Origin: Eledone cirrhosa
Taxonomy: Eukaryota
Assembly: GCA_964016885.1 (NCBI GenBank)
Contig: OZ024763.1
Span: 23,436,001 to 23,500,000 of the forward strand
Direction of reading: 5' to 3'
Length of the DNA: 64,000 bases
The notes beneath the pieces were generated by a model. That model saw only the letters and a list, made by a program, of their open reading frames with translations. It had not been told where the DNA came from and searched no databases. A program made the position numbers and the translations under genes. Below, piece after piece: positions 10,205-25,200 of the stretch; the first letter of the stretch is position 1; the number at the start of each line of letters is the position of its first letter.

Positions 10205-13200
10205 TTTTTCTTTTCTCAGAAGATAGTACGCAGGGGCTATATCGAGGGAGATTTGGCTGCTATTTCTTTCTTTTCTTAGATGGTAGGTAGGGGACTATAT
10301 TAAGGGAGATTTGGCTGCTATTTCTTTCTTTTCTTAGATGGTAGGTAGGGGGCTATATCGAGGGAGATTTGGCTGCTATTTCTTTCTTTTCTTAGATGGC
10401 AGGTAGGGGGTATATTGAGGGAGATTTGGCTGCTATTTCTTTCTTTTCTTAGATGGTAGGTAGGGGGTATATTGAGGGAGATTTGGCTGCTATTTCTTTC
10501 TTTTCTTAGATGGTATGTAGAGGGCTATATCGAGGGAGATTTGGCTGCTATTTCTTTCTTTTCTTAGATGGTAGGTAGGGGGCTATATCGAGGGAGATTT
10601 GGCTGCTATTTCTTTCTTTTCTTAGATGGTAGGTAGGGGGCTATATCGAGGGAGATTTGGCTGCTATTTCTTTCTTTTCTTAGATGGTAGGTAGGGGGCT
10701 ATATCGAGGGAGATTTGGCTGCTATTTCTTTCTTTTCTTAGATGGTATGTAGGGGGTATATTGAGGGAGATTTGGCTGCTATTTCTTTCTTTTCTTAGAT
10801 GGTAGGTAGGGGGCTATATCGAGGGAGATTTGGCTGCTATTTCTTTCTTTTCTTAGATGGTAGGTAGAGGGCTATATCGAGGGAGATTTGGCTGCTATTT
10901 CTTTCTTTTCTTAGATGGTAGGTAGGTAGGGGGTATATCGAGGGAGATTTGGCTGCTATTTCTTTCTTTTCTTAGATGGTAGGTAGGGGACTATATCGAG
11001 GGAGATTTGGCTGCTATTTCTTTCTTTTCTTAGATGGTAGGTAGGGGGCTATATCGAGGGAGATTTGGCTGCTATTTCTTTCTTTTCTTAGATGGTAGGT
11101 AGGGGGCTATATCGAGGGAGATTTGGCTGCTATTTCTTTCTTTTCTTAGATGGTAGGTAGGGGGCTATATCGAGGGAGATTTGGCTGCTATTTCTTTCTT
11201 TCTTTTCTTAGATGGTAGGTAGGGGGCTATATCGAGGGAGATTTGGCTGCTATTTCTTTCTTTTCTTAGATGGTAGGTAGAGGGCTATATCGAGGGAGAT
11301 TTGGCTGCTATTTCTTTCTTTCTTAGATGGTAGGTAGGGGGCTATATCGAGGGAGATTTGACTGCTATTTCTTTCTTTTCTTAGATGGTAGGTAGGGGGT
11401 ATATTGAGGGAGATTTGGCTGCTATTTCTTTCTTTTCTTAGATGGTATGTAGGGGTATATTGAGGGAGATTTGGCTGCTATTTCTTTCTTTTCTTAGATG
11501 GTATGTAGGGCTATATCGAGGGAGATTTGGCTGCTATTTCTTTCTTTTCTTAGATGGTAGGTAGGGGGCTATATCGAGGGAGATTTGGCTGCTATTTCTT
11601 TCCTTTCTTAGATGGTAGGTAGGGGGCTATATCGAGGGAGATTTGGCTGCTATTTCTTTCTTTTCTTAGATGGTAGGTAGGGGACTATATCGAGGGAGAT
11701 TTGGCTGCTATTTCTTGCTTTTCTTAGATGGTATGTAGGGGTATATTGAGGGAGATTTGGCTGCTATTTCTTTCTTTTCTTAGATGGTAGGTCGGGGGCT
11801 ATATCGAGGGAGATTTGGCTGCTATTTCTTGCTTTTCTTAGATGGTAGGTAGGGGGCTATATCGAGGGAGATTTGGCTGCTATTTCTTTTTTTTCTTAGA
11901 TGGTAGGTAGGGGGCTATATCGAGGGAGATTTGGCTGCTATTTCTTGCTTTTCTTAGATGGTATGTAGGGGTATATTGAGGGAGATTTGGCTGCTATTTC
12001 TTTCTTTTCTTAGATGGTAGGTAGGGGGCTATATCGAGGGAGATTTGGATACTATTTCTTTCTTTTCTTAGATGGTAGGTAGGGGGCTATATCGATGGAG
12101 ATTTGGCTGCTATTTCTTTCTTTTCTTAGATGGTAGGTAGGGGTATATATCGAGGGAGATTTGGCTGCTATTTCTTTCTTTTCTTAGATGGTAGGTAGGG
12201 GGCTATATCGAGGGAGATTTGGCTGCTATTTCTTTCTTTTCTTAGATGGTAGGTCGGGGGCTATATCGAGGGAGATTTGGCTGCTATTTCTTTCTTTTCT
12301 TAGATGGTAGGTAGGGGACTATATCGAGGGAGATTTGGCTGCTATTTCTTTCTTTTCTTAGATGATAGGTAGGGGGCTATATCGAGGGAGATTTGGCTGC
12401 TATTTCTTTCTTTTCTTAGATGGTAGGTAGGGGGCTATATCGAGGGAGATTTGGCTGCTATTTCTTTCTTTTCTTAGATGGTAGGTAGGGGGCTATATCG
12501 AGGGAGATTTGGCTGCTATTTCTTTCTTTTCTTAGATGGTAGGTAGGGGGCTATATCGAGGGAGATTTGGCTGCTATTTTTTTCCTTTCTTAGATGGTAG
12601 GTAGGGGGCTATATCGAGGGAGATTTGGCTGCTATTTCTTTCTTTTCTTAGATGGTAGGTAGGGGGCTATATCGAGGGAGATTTGGCTGCTATTTCTTTC
12701 TTTTCTTAGATGGTAGGTAGGGGGCTATATCGAGGGAGATTTGGCTGCTATTTCTTTCCTTTCTTAGATGGTAGGTAGGGGGCTATATCGAGGGAGATTT
12801 GGCTGCTATTTCTTTCTTTTCTTAGATGGTATGTAGGGGTATATATCGAGGGAGATTTGGCTGCTATTTCTTTCTTTTCTTAGATGGCAGGTAGGGGGTA
12901 TATTGAGGGAGATTTGGCTGCTATTTCTTTCTTTTCTTAGATGGTAGGTAGGGGGTATATTGAGGGAGATTTGGCTGCTATTTCTTTCTTTTCTTAGATG
13001 GTATGTAGAGGGCTATATCGAGGGAGATTTGGCTGCTATTTCTTTCTTTTCTTAGATGGTAGGTAGGGGGCTATATCGAGGGAGATTTGGCTGCTATTTC
13101 TTTCTTTTCTTAGATGGTAGGTAGGGGGCTATATCGAGGGAGATTTGGCTGCTATTTCTTTCTTTTCTTAGATGGTAGGTAGGGGGCTATATCGAGGGAG

Positions 13201-16200
13201 ATTTGGCTGCTATTTCTTTCTTTTCTTAGATGGTATGTAGGGGGTATATTGAGGGAGATTTGGCTGCTATTTCTTTCTTTTCTTAGATGGTAGGTAGGGG
13301 GCTATATCGAGGGAGATTTGGCTGCTATTTCTTTCTTTTCTTAGATGGTAGGTAGAGGGCTATATCGAGGGAGATTTGGCTGCTATTTCTTTCTTTTCTT
13401 AGATGGTAGGTAGGTAGGGGGTATATCGAGGGAGATTTGGCTGCTATTTCTTTCTTTTCTTAGATGGTAGGTAGGGGACTATATCGAGGGAGATTTGGCT
13501 GCTATTTCTTTCTTTTCTTAGATGGTAGGTAGGGGGCTATATCGAGGGAGATTTGGCTGCTATTTCTTTCTTTTCTTAGATGGTAGGTAGGGGGCTATAT
13601 CGAGGGAGATTTGGCTGCTATTTCTTTCTTTTCTTAGATGGTAGGTAGGGGGCTATATCGAGGGAGATTTGGCTGCTATTTCTTTCTTTCTTTTCTTAGA
13701 TGGTAGGTAGGGGGCTATATCGAGGGAGATTTGGCTGCTATTTCTTTCTTTTCTTAGATGGTAGGTAGAGGGCTATATCGAGGGAGATTTGGCTGCTATT
13801 TCTTTCTTTCTTAGATGGTAGGTAGGGGGCTATATCGAGGGAGATTTGACTGCTATTTCTTTCTTTTCTTAGATGGTAGGTAGGGGGTATATTGAGGGAG
13901 ATTTGGCTGCTATTTCTTTCTTTTCTTAGATGGTATGTAGGGGTATATTGAGGGAGATTTGGCTGCTATTTCTTTCTTTTCTTAGATGGTATGTAGGGCT
14001 ATATCGAGGGAGATTTGGCTGCTATTTCTTTCTTTTCTTAGATGGTAGGTAGGGGGCTATATCGAGGGAGATTTGGCTGCTATTTCTTTCCTTTCTTAGA
14101 TGGTAGGTAGGGGGCTATATCGAGGGAGATTTGGCTGCTATTTCTTTCTTTTCTTAGATGGTAGGTAGGGGACTATATCGAGGGAGATTTGGCTGCTATT
14201 TCTTGCTTTTCTTAGATGGTATGTAGGGGTATATTGAGGGAGATTTGGCTGCTATTTCTTTCTTTTCTTAGATGGTAGGTCGGGGGCTATATCGAGGGAG
14301 ATTTGGCTGCTATTTCTTGCTTTTCTTAGATGGTAGGTAGGGGGCTATATCGAGGGAGATTTGGCTGCTATTTCTTTCTTTCTTTTCTTAGATGGTAGGT
14401 AGGGGGCTATATCGAGGGAGATTTGGCTGCTATTTCTTTCTTTTCTTAGATGGTAGGTAGAGGGCTATATCGAGGGAGATTTGGCTGCTATTTCTTTCTT
14501 TTCTTAGATGGTAGGTAGAGGGCTATATCGAGGGAGATTTGGCTGCTATTTCTTTCTTTGTTAGATGGTAGGTAGGGGGCTATATCGAGGGAGATTTGAC
14601 TGCTATTTCTTTCTTTTCTTAGATGGTAGGTAGGGGGTATATTGAGGGAGATTTGGCTGCTATTTCTTTCTTTTCTTAGATGGTATGTAGGGGTATATTG
14701 AGGGAGATTTGGCTGCTATTTCTTTCTTTTCTTAGATGGTATGTAGGGCTATATCGAGGGAGATTTGGCTGCTATTTCTTTCTTTTCTTAGATGGTAGGT
14801 AGGGGGCTATATCGAGGGAGATTTGGCTGCTATTTCTTTCCTTTCTTAGATGGTAGGTAGGGGGCTATATCGAGGGAGATTTGGCTGCTATTTCTTTCTT
14901 TTCTTAGATGGTAGGTAGGGGACTATATCGAGGGAGATTTGGCTGCTATTTCTTGCTTTTCTTAGATGGTATGTAGGGGTATATTGAGGGAGATTTGGCT
15001 GCTATTTCTTTCTTTTCTTAGATGGTAGGTCGGGGGCTATATCGAGGGAGATTTGGCTGCTATTTCTTGCTTTTCTTAGATGGTAGGTAGGGGGCTATAT
15101 CGAGGGAGATTTGGCTGCTATTTCTTTTTTTTCTTAGATGGTAGGTAGGGGGCTATATCGAGGGAGATTTGGCTGCTATTTCTTGCTTTTCTTAGATGGT
15201 ATGTAGGGGTATATTGAGGGAGATTTGGCTGCTATTTCTTTCTTTTCTTAGATGGTAGGTAGGGGGCTATATCGAGGGAGATTTGGATACTATTTCTTTC
15301 TTTTCTTAGATGGTAGGTAGGGGGCTATATCGATGGAGATTTGGCTGCTATTTCTTTCTTTTCTTAGATGGTAGGTAGGGGTATATATCGAGGGAGATTT
15401 GGCTGCTATTTCTTTCTTTTCTTAGATGGTAGGTAGGGGGCTATATCGAGGGAGATTTGGCTGCTATTTCTTTCTTTTCTTAGATGGTAGGTCGGGGGCT
15501 ATATCGAGGGAGATTTGGCTGCTATTTCTTTCTTTTCTTAGATGGTAGGTAGGGGACTATATCGAGGGAGATTTGGCTGCTATTTCTTTCTTTTCTTAGA
15601 TGATAGGTAGGGGGCTATATCGAGGGAGATTTGGCTGCTATTTCTTTCTTTTCTTAGATGGTAGGTAGGGGGCTATATCGAGGGAGATTTGGCTGCTATT
15701 TCTTTCTTTTCTTAGATGGTAGGTAGGGGGCTATATCGAGGGAGATTTGGCTGCTATTTCTTTCTTTTCTTAGATGGTAGGTAGGGGGCTATATCGAGGG
15801 AGATTTGGCTGCTATTTCTTTCCTTTCTTAGATGGTAGGTAGGGGGCTATATCGAGGGAGATTTGGCTGCTATTTCTTTCTTTTCTTAGATGGTAGGTAG
15901 GGGGCTATATCGAGGGAGATTTGGCTGCTATTTCTTTCTTTTCTTAGATGGTAGGTAGGGGGCTATATCGAGGGAGATTTGGCTGCTATTTCTTTCCTTT
16001 CTTAGATGGTAGGTAGGGGGCTATATCGAGGGAGATTTGGCTGCTATTTCTTTCTTTTCTTAGATGGTATGTAGGGGTATATATCGAGGGAGATTTGGCT
16101 GCTATTTCTTTCTTTTCTTAGATGGTAGGTAGGGGGCTATATCGAGGGAGATTTGGCTGCTATTTCTTTCTTTTCTTAGATGGTAGGTAGGGGGTATATT

Positions 16201-19200
16201 GAGGGAGATTTGGCTACTATTTCTTTCTTTTCTTAGATGGTAGGTAGGGGGCTATATCGAGGGAGATTTGGCTGCTATTTCTTTCTTTTCTTAGATGGTA
16301 GGTAGGGGGCTATATCGAGGGAGATTTGGCTGCTATTTCTTTCTTTTCTTAGATGGTAGGTAGGGGGCTATATCGAGGGAGATTTGGCTGCTATTTCTTT
16401 CCTTTCTTAGATGGTAGGTAGGGGGCTATATCGAGGGAGATTTGGCTGCTATTTCTTTCCTTTCTTAGATGGTAGGTAGGGGGCTATATCGAGGGAGATT
16501 TGGCTGCTATTTCTTTTTTTTTCTTAGATGGTAGGTAGGGGGCTATATCGAGGGAGATTTGGCTGCTATTTCTTGCTTTTCTTAGATGGTATGTAGGGGT
16601 ATATTGAGGGAGATTTGGCTGCTATTTCTTTCTTTTCTTAGATGGTAGGTAGGGGGTATATCGAGGGAGATTTGGCTGCTATTTCTTTCTTTTCTTAGAT
16701 GGTAGGTAGGGGGCTATATCGAGGGAGATTTGGCTGCTATTTCTTTCTTTTCTTAGATGGTAGGTAGGGGGCTATATCGAGGGAGATTTGGCTGCTATTT
16801 CTTTCTTTTCTTAGATGGTAGGTAGGGGGCTATATCGAGGGAGATTTGGCTGCTATTTCTTTCTTTTCTTAGATGGCAGGTAGGGGATTATATCGAGGGA
16901 AATTTGGCTGCTACTTCTTTCTTTTCTTAGATGGCAGGTAGGGGGCTATATTGAGGGAGATTTGGCTGCTATTTCTTTTCTTTTTTTTCGATGGTAGGTA
17001 GGGGAGTATATTGAGGGAGATTTGGCTGCTATTTCTTTCTTTTCTTTCGATGGTAGGTAGGGGTATATTGAGGGAGATTTGGCTGCTATTTCTTTCTTTT
17101 CTTAGATGGCAGGTAGGGGGGGTATATGGAGGGAGATTTGGCTGCTATTTCTTTCTTTTCTTAGATGGTAGGTAGGGGCTATATTGAGGGAGATTTGGCT
17201 GCTATTTCTTTCTTTTCTTAGATGGTAGGTAGGGGGTATATTGAGGGAGATTTGGCTGCTATTTCTTTCTTTTCTTAGATGGTAGGGGGTATATTGAGGG
17301 AGATTTGGCTGCTATTTCTTTCTTTTCTTAGATGGTAGGTAGGGGGCTATATCGAGGGAGATTTGGCTGCTATTTCTTTCTTTTCTTAGATGGTAGGTAG
17401 GGGGCTATATCGAGGGAGATTTGGCTGCCATTTCTTTCCTTTCTTAGATGGTAGGTAGGGGGCTATATCGAGGGAGATTTGGCTGCTATTTCTTTCTTTT
17501 CTTAGATGGTATGTAGGGGTATATTGAGGGAGATTTGGCTGCTATTTCTTTCTTTTCTTAGATGGTAGGTAGGGGGTATATTGAGGGAGATTTGGCTACT
17601 ATTTCTTTCTTTTCTTAGATGGTATGTAGGGGTATATTGAGGGAGATTTGGCTACTATTTCTTTCTTTTCTTAGATGGTAGGTAGGGGACTATATCGAGG
17701 GAGATTTGGCTGCTATTTCTTTCTTTTCTTAGATGGTATGTAGGGGGTATATTGAGGGAGATTTGGCTGCTATTTCTTTCTTTTCTTAGATGGTAGGTAG
17801 GGGGCTATATCGAGGGAGATTTGGCTGCTATTTCTTTCTTTTCTTAGATGGTAGGTAGGGGGCTATATCGAGGGAGATTTGGCTGCTATTTCTTTCTTTT
17901 CTTAGATGGTATGTAGGGGTATATTGAGGGAGATTTGGCTGCTATTTCTTTCTTTTCTTAGATGGTAGGTAGGGGGCTATATCGAGGGAGATTTGGCTGC
18001 TATTTCTTTCTTTTCTTAGATGGTAGGTAGGGGGCTATATCGAGGGAGATTTGGCTGCTATTTCTTTCCTTTCTTAGATGGTAGGTAGGGGGCTATATCG
18101 AGGGAGATTTGGCTGCTATTTCTTTCTTTTCTTAGATGGTAGGTCGGGGGCTATATCGAGGGAGATTTGGCTGCTATTTCTTTCCTTTCTTAGATGGTAG
18201 GTAGGGGGCTATATCGAGGGAGATTTGGCTGCTATTTCTTTTTTTTCTTAGATGGTAGGTAGGGGGCTATATCGAGGGAGATTTGGCTGCTATTTCTTGC
18301 TTTTCTTAGATGGTATGTAGGGGTATATTGAGGGAGATTTGGCTGCTATTTCTTTCTTTTCTTAGATGGTAGGTAGGGGGCTATATCGAGGGAGATTTGG
18401 CTGCTATTTCTTTCTTTTCTTAGATGGTAGGTAGGGGGCTATATCGAGGGAGATTTGGCTGCTATTTCTTTCTTTTCTTAGATGGTAGGTAGGGGGCTAT
18501 ATCGAGGGAGATTTGGCTGCTATTTCTTTCTTTTCTTAGATGGTATGTAGGGGGTATATTGAGGGAGATTTGGCTGCTATTTCTTTCTTTTCTTAGATGG
18601 TAGGTAGGGGGCTATATCGAGGGAGATTTGGCTGCTATTTCTTTCCTTTCTTAGATGGTAGGTAGGGGGCTATATCGAGGGAGATTTGGCTGCTATTTCT
18701 TTCTTTTCTTAGATGGCAGGTAGGGGGTATATTGAGGGAGATTTGGCTGCTATTTCTTTCTTTTCTTAGATGGTAGGTAGGGGGTATATTGAGGGAGATT
18801 TGGCTGCTATTTCTTTCTTTTCTTAGATGGTATGTAGAGGGCTATATCGAGGGAGATTTGGCTGCTATTTCTTTCTTTTCTTAGATGGTAGGTAGGGGGC
18901 TATATCGAGGGAGAGTTGGCTGCTACTTCTTGCTTTTCTTAGATGGTATGTAGGGGTATATTGAGGGAGATTTGGCTGCTATTTCTTTCTTTTCTTAGAT
19001 GATAGGTAGGGGGTATATTGAGGGAGATTTGGCTGCTATTTCTTTCTTTTCTTAGATGGTAGGTAGGGGGCTATATCGAGGGAGATTTGGCTGCTATTTC
19101 TTTCTTTTCTTAGATGGTAGGTAGGGGGTTATATCGAGGGAGATTTGGCTGCTATTTCTTTCTTTTATTAGATGGTAGGTAGAGGGCTATATCGAGGGAG

Positions 19201-22200
19201 ATTTGGCTGCTATTTCTTTCTTTTCTTAGATGGTAGGTAGGTAGGGGGTATATCGAGGGAGATTTGGCTGCTATTTCTTTCTTTTCTTAGATGGTAGGTA
19301 GGGGACTATATCGAGGGAGATTTGGCTGCTATTTCTTTCTTTTCTTAGATGGTAGGTAGGGGGCTATATCGAGGGAGATTTGGCTGCTATTTCTTTCTTT
19401 TCTTAGATGGTATGTAGGGGTATATATCGAGGGAGATTTGGCTGCTATTTCTTTCTTTTCTTAGATGGTAGGTAGGGGGCTATATCGAGGGAGATTTGGC
19501 TGCTATTTCTTTCTTTTCTTAGATGGTAGGTAGGGGGCTATATCGAGGGAGATTTGGCTGCTATTTCTTTCTTTTCTTAGATGGTAGGTAGGGGGCTATA
19601 TCGAGGGAGATTTGGCTGCTATTTCTTTCTTTCTTTTCTTAGATGGTAGGTAGGGGGCTATATCGAGGGAGATTTGGCTGCTATTTCTTTCTTTTCTTAG
19701 ATGGTAGGTAGAGGGCTATATCGAGGGAGATTTGGCTGCTATTTCTTTCTTTCTTAGATGGTAGGTAGGGGGCTATATCGAGGGAGATTTGACTGCTATT
19801 TCTTTCTTTTCTTAGATGGTAGGTAGGGGGTATATTGAGGGAGATTTGGCTGCTATTTCTTTCTTTTCTTAGATGGTATGTAGGGGTATATTGAGGGAGA
19901 TTTGGCTGCTATTTCTTTCTTTTCTTAGATGGTATGTAGGGCTATATCGAGGGAGATTTGGCTGCTATTTCTTTCTTTTCTTAGATGGTAGGTAGGGGGC
20001 TATATCGAGGGAGATTTGGCTGCTATTTCTTTCCTTTCTTAGATGGTAGGTAGGGGGCTATATCGAGGGAGATTTGGCTGCTATTTCTTTCTTTTCTTAG
20101 ATGGTAGGTAGGGGACTATATCGAGGGAGATTTGGCTGCTATTTCTTGCTTTTCTTAGATGGTATGTAGGGGTATATTGAGGGAGATTTGGCTGCTATTT
20201 CTTTCTTTTCTTAGATGGTAGGTCGGGGGCTATATCCAGGGAGATTTGGCTGCTATTTCTTGCTTTTCTTAGATGGTAGGTAGGGGGCTATATCGAGGGA
20301 GATTTGGCTGCTATTTCTTTTTTTTCTTAGATGGTAGGTAGGGGGCTATATCGAGGGAGATTTGGCTGCTATTTCTTGCTTTTCTTAGATGGTATGTAGG
20401 GGTATATTGAGGGAGATTTGGCTGCTATTTCTTTCTTTTCTTAGATGGTAGGTAGGGGGCTATATCGAGGGAGATTTGGATACTATTTCTTTCTTTTCTT
20501 AGATGGTAGGTAGGGGGCTATATCGATGGAGATTTGGCTGCTATTTCTTTCTTTTCTTAGATGGTAGGTAGGGGTATATATCGAGGGAGATTTGGCTGCT
20601 ATTTCTTTCTTTTCTTAGATGGTAGGTAGGGGGCTATATCGAGGGAGATTTGGCTGCTATTTCTTTCTTTTCTTAGATGGTAGGTAGAGGGCTATATCGA
20701 GGGAGATTTGGCTGCTATTTCTTTCTTTTCTTAGATGGTAGGTAGGGGACTATATCGAGGGAGATTTGGCTGCTATTTCTTTCTTTTCTTAGATGATAGG
20801 TAGGGGGCTATATCGAGGGAGATTTGGCTGCTATTTCTTTCTTTTCTTAGATGGTAGGTAGGGGGCTATATCGAGGGAGATTTGGCTGCTATTTCTTTCT
20901 TTTCTTAGATGGTAGGTAGGGGGCTATATCGAGGGAGATTTGGCTGCTATTTCTTTCTTATCTTAGATGGTAGGTAGGGGGCTATATCGAGGGAGATTTG
21001 GCTGCTATTTCTTTCCTTTCTTAGATGGTAGGTAGGGGGCTATATCGAGGGAGATTTGGCTGCTATTTCTTTCTTTTCTTAGATGGTAGGTAGGGGGCTA
21101 TATCGAGGGAGATTTGGCTGCTATTTCTTTCTTTTCTTAGATGGCAGGTAGGGGGCTATATCGAGGGAGATTTGGCTGCTATTTCTTTCCTTTCTTAGAT
21201 GGTAGGTAGGGGGCTATATCGAGGGAGATTTGGCTGCTATTTCTTTCTTTTCTTAGATGGTATGTAGGGGTATATATCGAGGGAGATTTGGCTGCTATTT
21301 CTTTCTTTTCTTAGATGGTAGGTAGGGGGCTATATCGAGGGAGATTTGGCTGCTATTTCTTTCTTTTCTTAGATGGTAGGTAGGGGGTATATTGAGGGAG
21401 ATTTGGCTACTATTTCTTTCTTTTCTTAGATGGTAGGTAGGGGGCTATATCGAGGGAGATTTGGCTGCTATTTCTTTCTTTTCTTAGATGGTAGGTAGGG
21501 GGCTATATCGAGGGAGATTTGGCTGCTATTTCTTTCTTTTCTTAGATGGTAGGTAGGGGGCTATATCGAGGGAGATTTGGCTGCTATTTCTTTCCTTTCT
21601 TAGATGGTAGGTAGGGGGCTATATCGAGGGAGATTTGGCTGCTATTTCTTTCTTTTCTTAGATGGTAGGTAGGGGCTATATCGAGGGAGATTTGGCTGCT
21701 ATTTCTTTCCTTTCTTAGATGGTATGTAGGGGTATATTGAGGGAGATTTGGCTGCTATTTCTTTCTTTTCTTAGATGGTAGGTAGGGGGTATATCGAGGG
21801 AGATTTGGCTGCTATTTCTTTCTTTTCTTAGATGGTAGGTAGGGGGCTATATCGAGGGAGATTTGGCTGCTATTTCTTTCTTTTCTTAGATGGTAGGTAG
21901 GGGGCTATATCGAGGGAGATTTGGCTGCTATTTCTTTCTTTTCTTAGATGGTAGGTAGGGGGCTATATCGAGGGAGATTTGGCTGCTATTTCTTTCTTTT
22001 CTTAGATGGCAGGTAGGGGATTATATCGAAGGAAATTTGGCTGCTACTTCTTTCTTTTCTTAGATGGCAGGTAGGGGGCTATATTGAGGGAGATTTGGCT
22101 GCTATTTCTTTTCTTTTCTTTCGATGGTAGGTAGGGGAGTATATTGAGGGAGATTTGGCTGCTATTTCTTTCTTTTCTTTCGATGGTAGGTAGGGGTATA

Positions 22201-25200
22201 TTGAGGGAGATTTGGCTGCTATTTCTTTCTTTTCTTAGATGGCAGGTAGGGGGGGTATATTGAGGGAGATTTGGCTACTTTTTCTTTCTTTTCTTAGATG
22301 GTAGGTAGGGGGCTATATTGAGGGAGATTTGGCTGCTATTTCTTTCTTTTCTTAGATGGTAGGTAGGGGGTATATTGAGGGAGATTTGGCTGCTATTTCT
22401 TTCTTTTCTTAGATGGTAGGGGGTATATTGAGGGAGATTTGGCTGCTATTTCTTTCTTTTCTTAGATGGTAGGTAGGGGGCTATATCGAGGGAGATTTGG
22501 CTGCTATTTCTTTCTTTTCTTAGATGGTAGGTAGGGGGCTATATCGAGGGAGATTTGGCTGCTATTTCTTTCCTTTCTTAGATGGTAGGTAGGGGGCTAT
22601 ATCGAGGGAGATTTGGCTGCTATTTCTTTCTTTTCTTAGATGGTATGTAGGGGTATATTGAGGGAGATTTGGCTGCTATTTCTTTCTTTTCTTAGATGGT
22701 AGGTAGGGGGTATATTGAGGGAGATTTGGCTACTATTTCTTTCTTTTCTTAGATGGTATGTAGGGGTATATTGAGGGAGATTTGGCTACTATTTCTTTCT
22801 TTTCTTAGATGGTAGGTAGGGGACTATATCGAGGGAGATTTGGCTGCTATTTCTTTCTTTTCTTAGATGGTATGTAGGGGGTATATTGAGGGAGATTTGG
22901 CTGCTATTTCTTTCTTTTCTTAGATGGTAGGTAGGGGGCTATATCGAGGGAGATTTGGCTGCTATTTCTTTCTTTTCTTAGATGGTAGGTAGGGGGCTAT
23001 ATCGAGGGAGATTTGGCTGCTATTTCTTTCTTTTCTTAGATGGTATGTAGGGGTATATTGAGGGAGATTTGGCTGCTATTTCTTTCTTTTCTTAGATGGT
23101 AGGTAGGGGGCTATATCGAGGGAGATTTGGCTGCTATTTCTTTCTTTTCTTAGATGGTAGGTAGGGGGCTATATCGAGGGAGATTTGGCTGCTATTTCTT
23201 TCCTTTCTTAGATGGTAGGTAGGGGGCTATATCGAGGGAGATTTGGCTGCTATTTCTTTCTTTTCTTAGATGGTAGGTCGGGGGCTATATCGAGGGAGAT
23301 TTGGCTGCTATTTCTTTCCTTTCTTAGATGGTAGGTAGGGGGCTATATCGAGGGAGATTTGGCTGCTATTTCTTTTTTTTCTTAGATGGTAGGTAGGGGG
23401 CTATATCGAGGGAGATTTGGCTGCTATTTCTTGCTTTTCTTAGATGGTATGTAGGGGTATATTGAGGGAGATTTGGCTGCTATTTCTTTCTTTTCTTAGA
23501 TGGTAGGTAGGGGGCTATATCGAGGGAGATTTGGCTGCTATTTCTTTCTTTTCTTAGATGGTAGGTAGGGGGCTATATCGAGGGAGATTTGGCTGCTATT
23601 TCTTTCTTTTCTTAGATGGTAGGTAGGGGGCTATATCGAGGGAGATTTGGCTGCTATTTCTTTCTTTTCTTAGATGGTATGTAGGGGGTATATTGAGGGA
23701 GATTTGGCTGCTATTTCTTTCTTTTCTTAGATGGTAGGTAGGGGGCTATATCGAGGGAGATTTGGCTGCTATTTCTTTCCTTTCTTAGATGGTAGGTAGG
23801 GGGCTATATCGAGGGAGATTTGGCTGCTATTTCTTTCTTTTCTTAGATGGTAGGTAGGGGGCTATATCGAGGGAGATTTGGCTGCTATTTCTTTCCTTTC
23901 TTAGATGGTAGGTAGGGGGCTATATCGAGGGAGATTTGGCTGCTATTTCTTTTTTTTCTTAGATGGTAGGTAGGGGGCTATATCGAGGGAGATTTGGCTG
24001 CTATTTCTTGCTTTTCTTAGATGGTATGTAGGGGTATATTGAGGGAGATTTGGCTGCTATTTCTTTCTTTTCTTAGATGGTAGGTAGGGGGTATATCGAG
24101 GGAGATTTGGCTGCTATTTCTTTCTTTTCTTAGATGGTAGGTAGGGGGCTATATCGAGGGAGATTTGGCTGCTATTTCTTTCTTTTCTTAGATGGTAGGT
24201 AGGGGGCTATATCGAGGGAGATTTGGCTGCTAATTCTTTCTTTTCTTAGATGGTAGGTAGGGGGCTATATCGAGGGAGATTTGGCTGCTATTTCTTTCTT
24301 TTCTTAGATGGCAGGTAGGGGATTGTATCGAGGGAAATTTGGCTGCTACTTCTTTCTTTTCTTAGATGGCAGGTAGGGGGCTATATTGAGGGAGATTTGG
24401 CTGCTATTTCTTTTCTTTTCTTTCGATGGTAGGTAGGGGAGTATATTGAGGGAGATTTGGCTGCTATTTCTTTTCTTTTCTTAGATGGCAGGTAGGGGGG
24501 GTATATTGAGGGAGATTTGGCTACTTTTTCTTTCTTTTCTTAGATGGTAGGTAGGGGGCTATATTGAGGGAGATTTGGCTGCTATTTCTTTCTTTTCTTA
24601 GATGGTAGGTAGGGGGTATATTGAGGGAGATTTGGCTGCTATTTCTTTCTTTTCTTAGATGGTAGGGGGTATATTGAGGGAGATTTGGCTGCTATTTCTT
24701 TCTTTTCTTAGATGGTAGGTAGGGGGCTATATCGAGGGAGATTTGGCTGCTATTTCTTTCTTTTCTTAGATGGTAGGTAGGGGGCTATATCGAGGGAGAT
24801 TTGGCTGCTATTTCTTTCCTTTCTTAGATGGTAGGTAGGGGGCTATATCGAGGGAGATGTGGCTGCTATTTCTTTCTTTTCTTAGATGGTATGTAGGGGT
24901 ATATTGAGGGAGATTTGGCTGCTATTTCTTTCTTTTCTTAGATGGTAGGTAGGGGGTATATTGAGGGAGATTTGGCTACTATTTCTTTCTTTTCTTAGAT
25001 GGTTTGTAGGGGTATATTGAGGGAGATTTGGCTACTATTTCTTTCTTTTCTTAGATGGTAGATAGGGGACTATATCGAGGGAGATTTGGCTGCTATTTCT
25101 TTCTTTTCTTAGATGGTATGTAGGGGGTATATTGAGGGAGATTTGGCTGCTATTTCTTTCTTTTCTTAGATGGTAGGTAGGGGGCTATATCGAGGGAGAT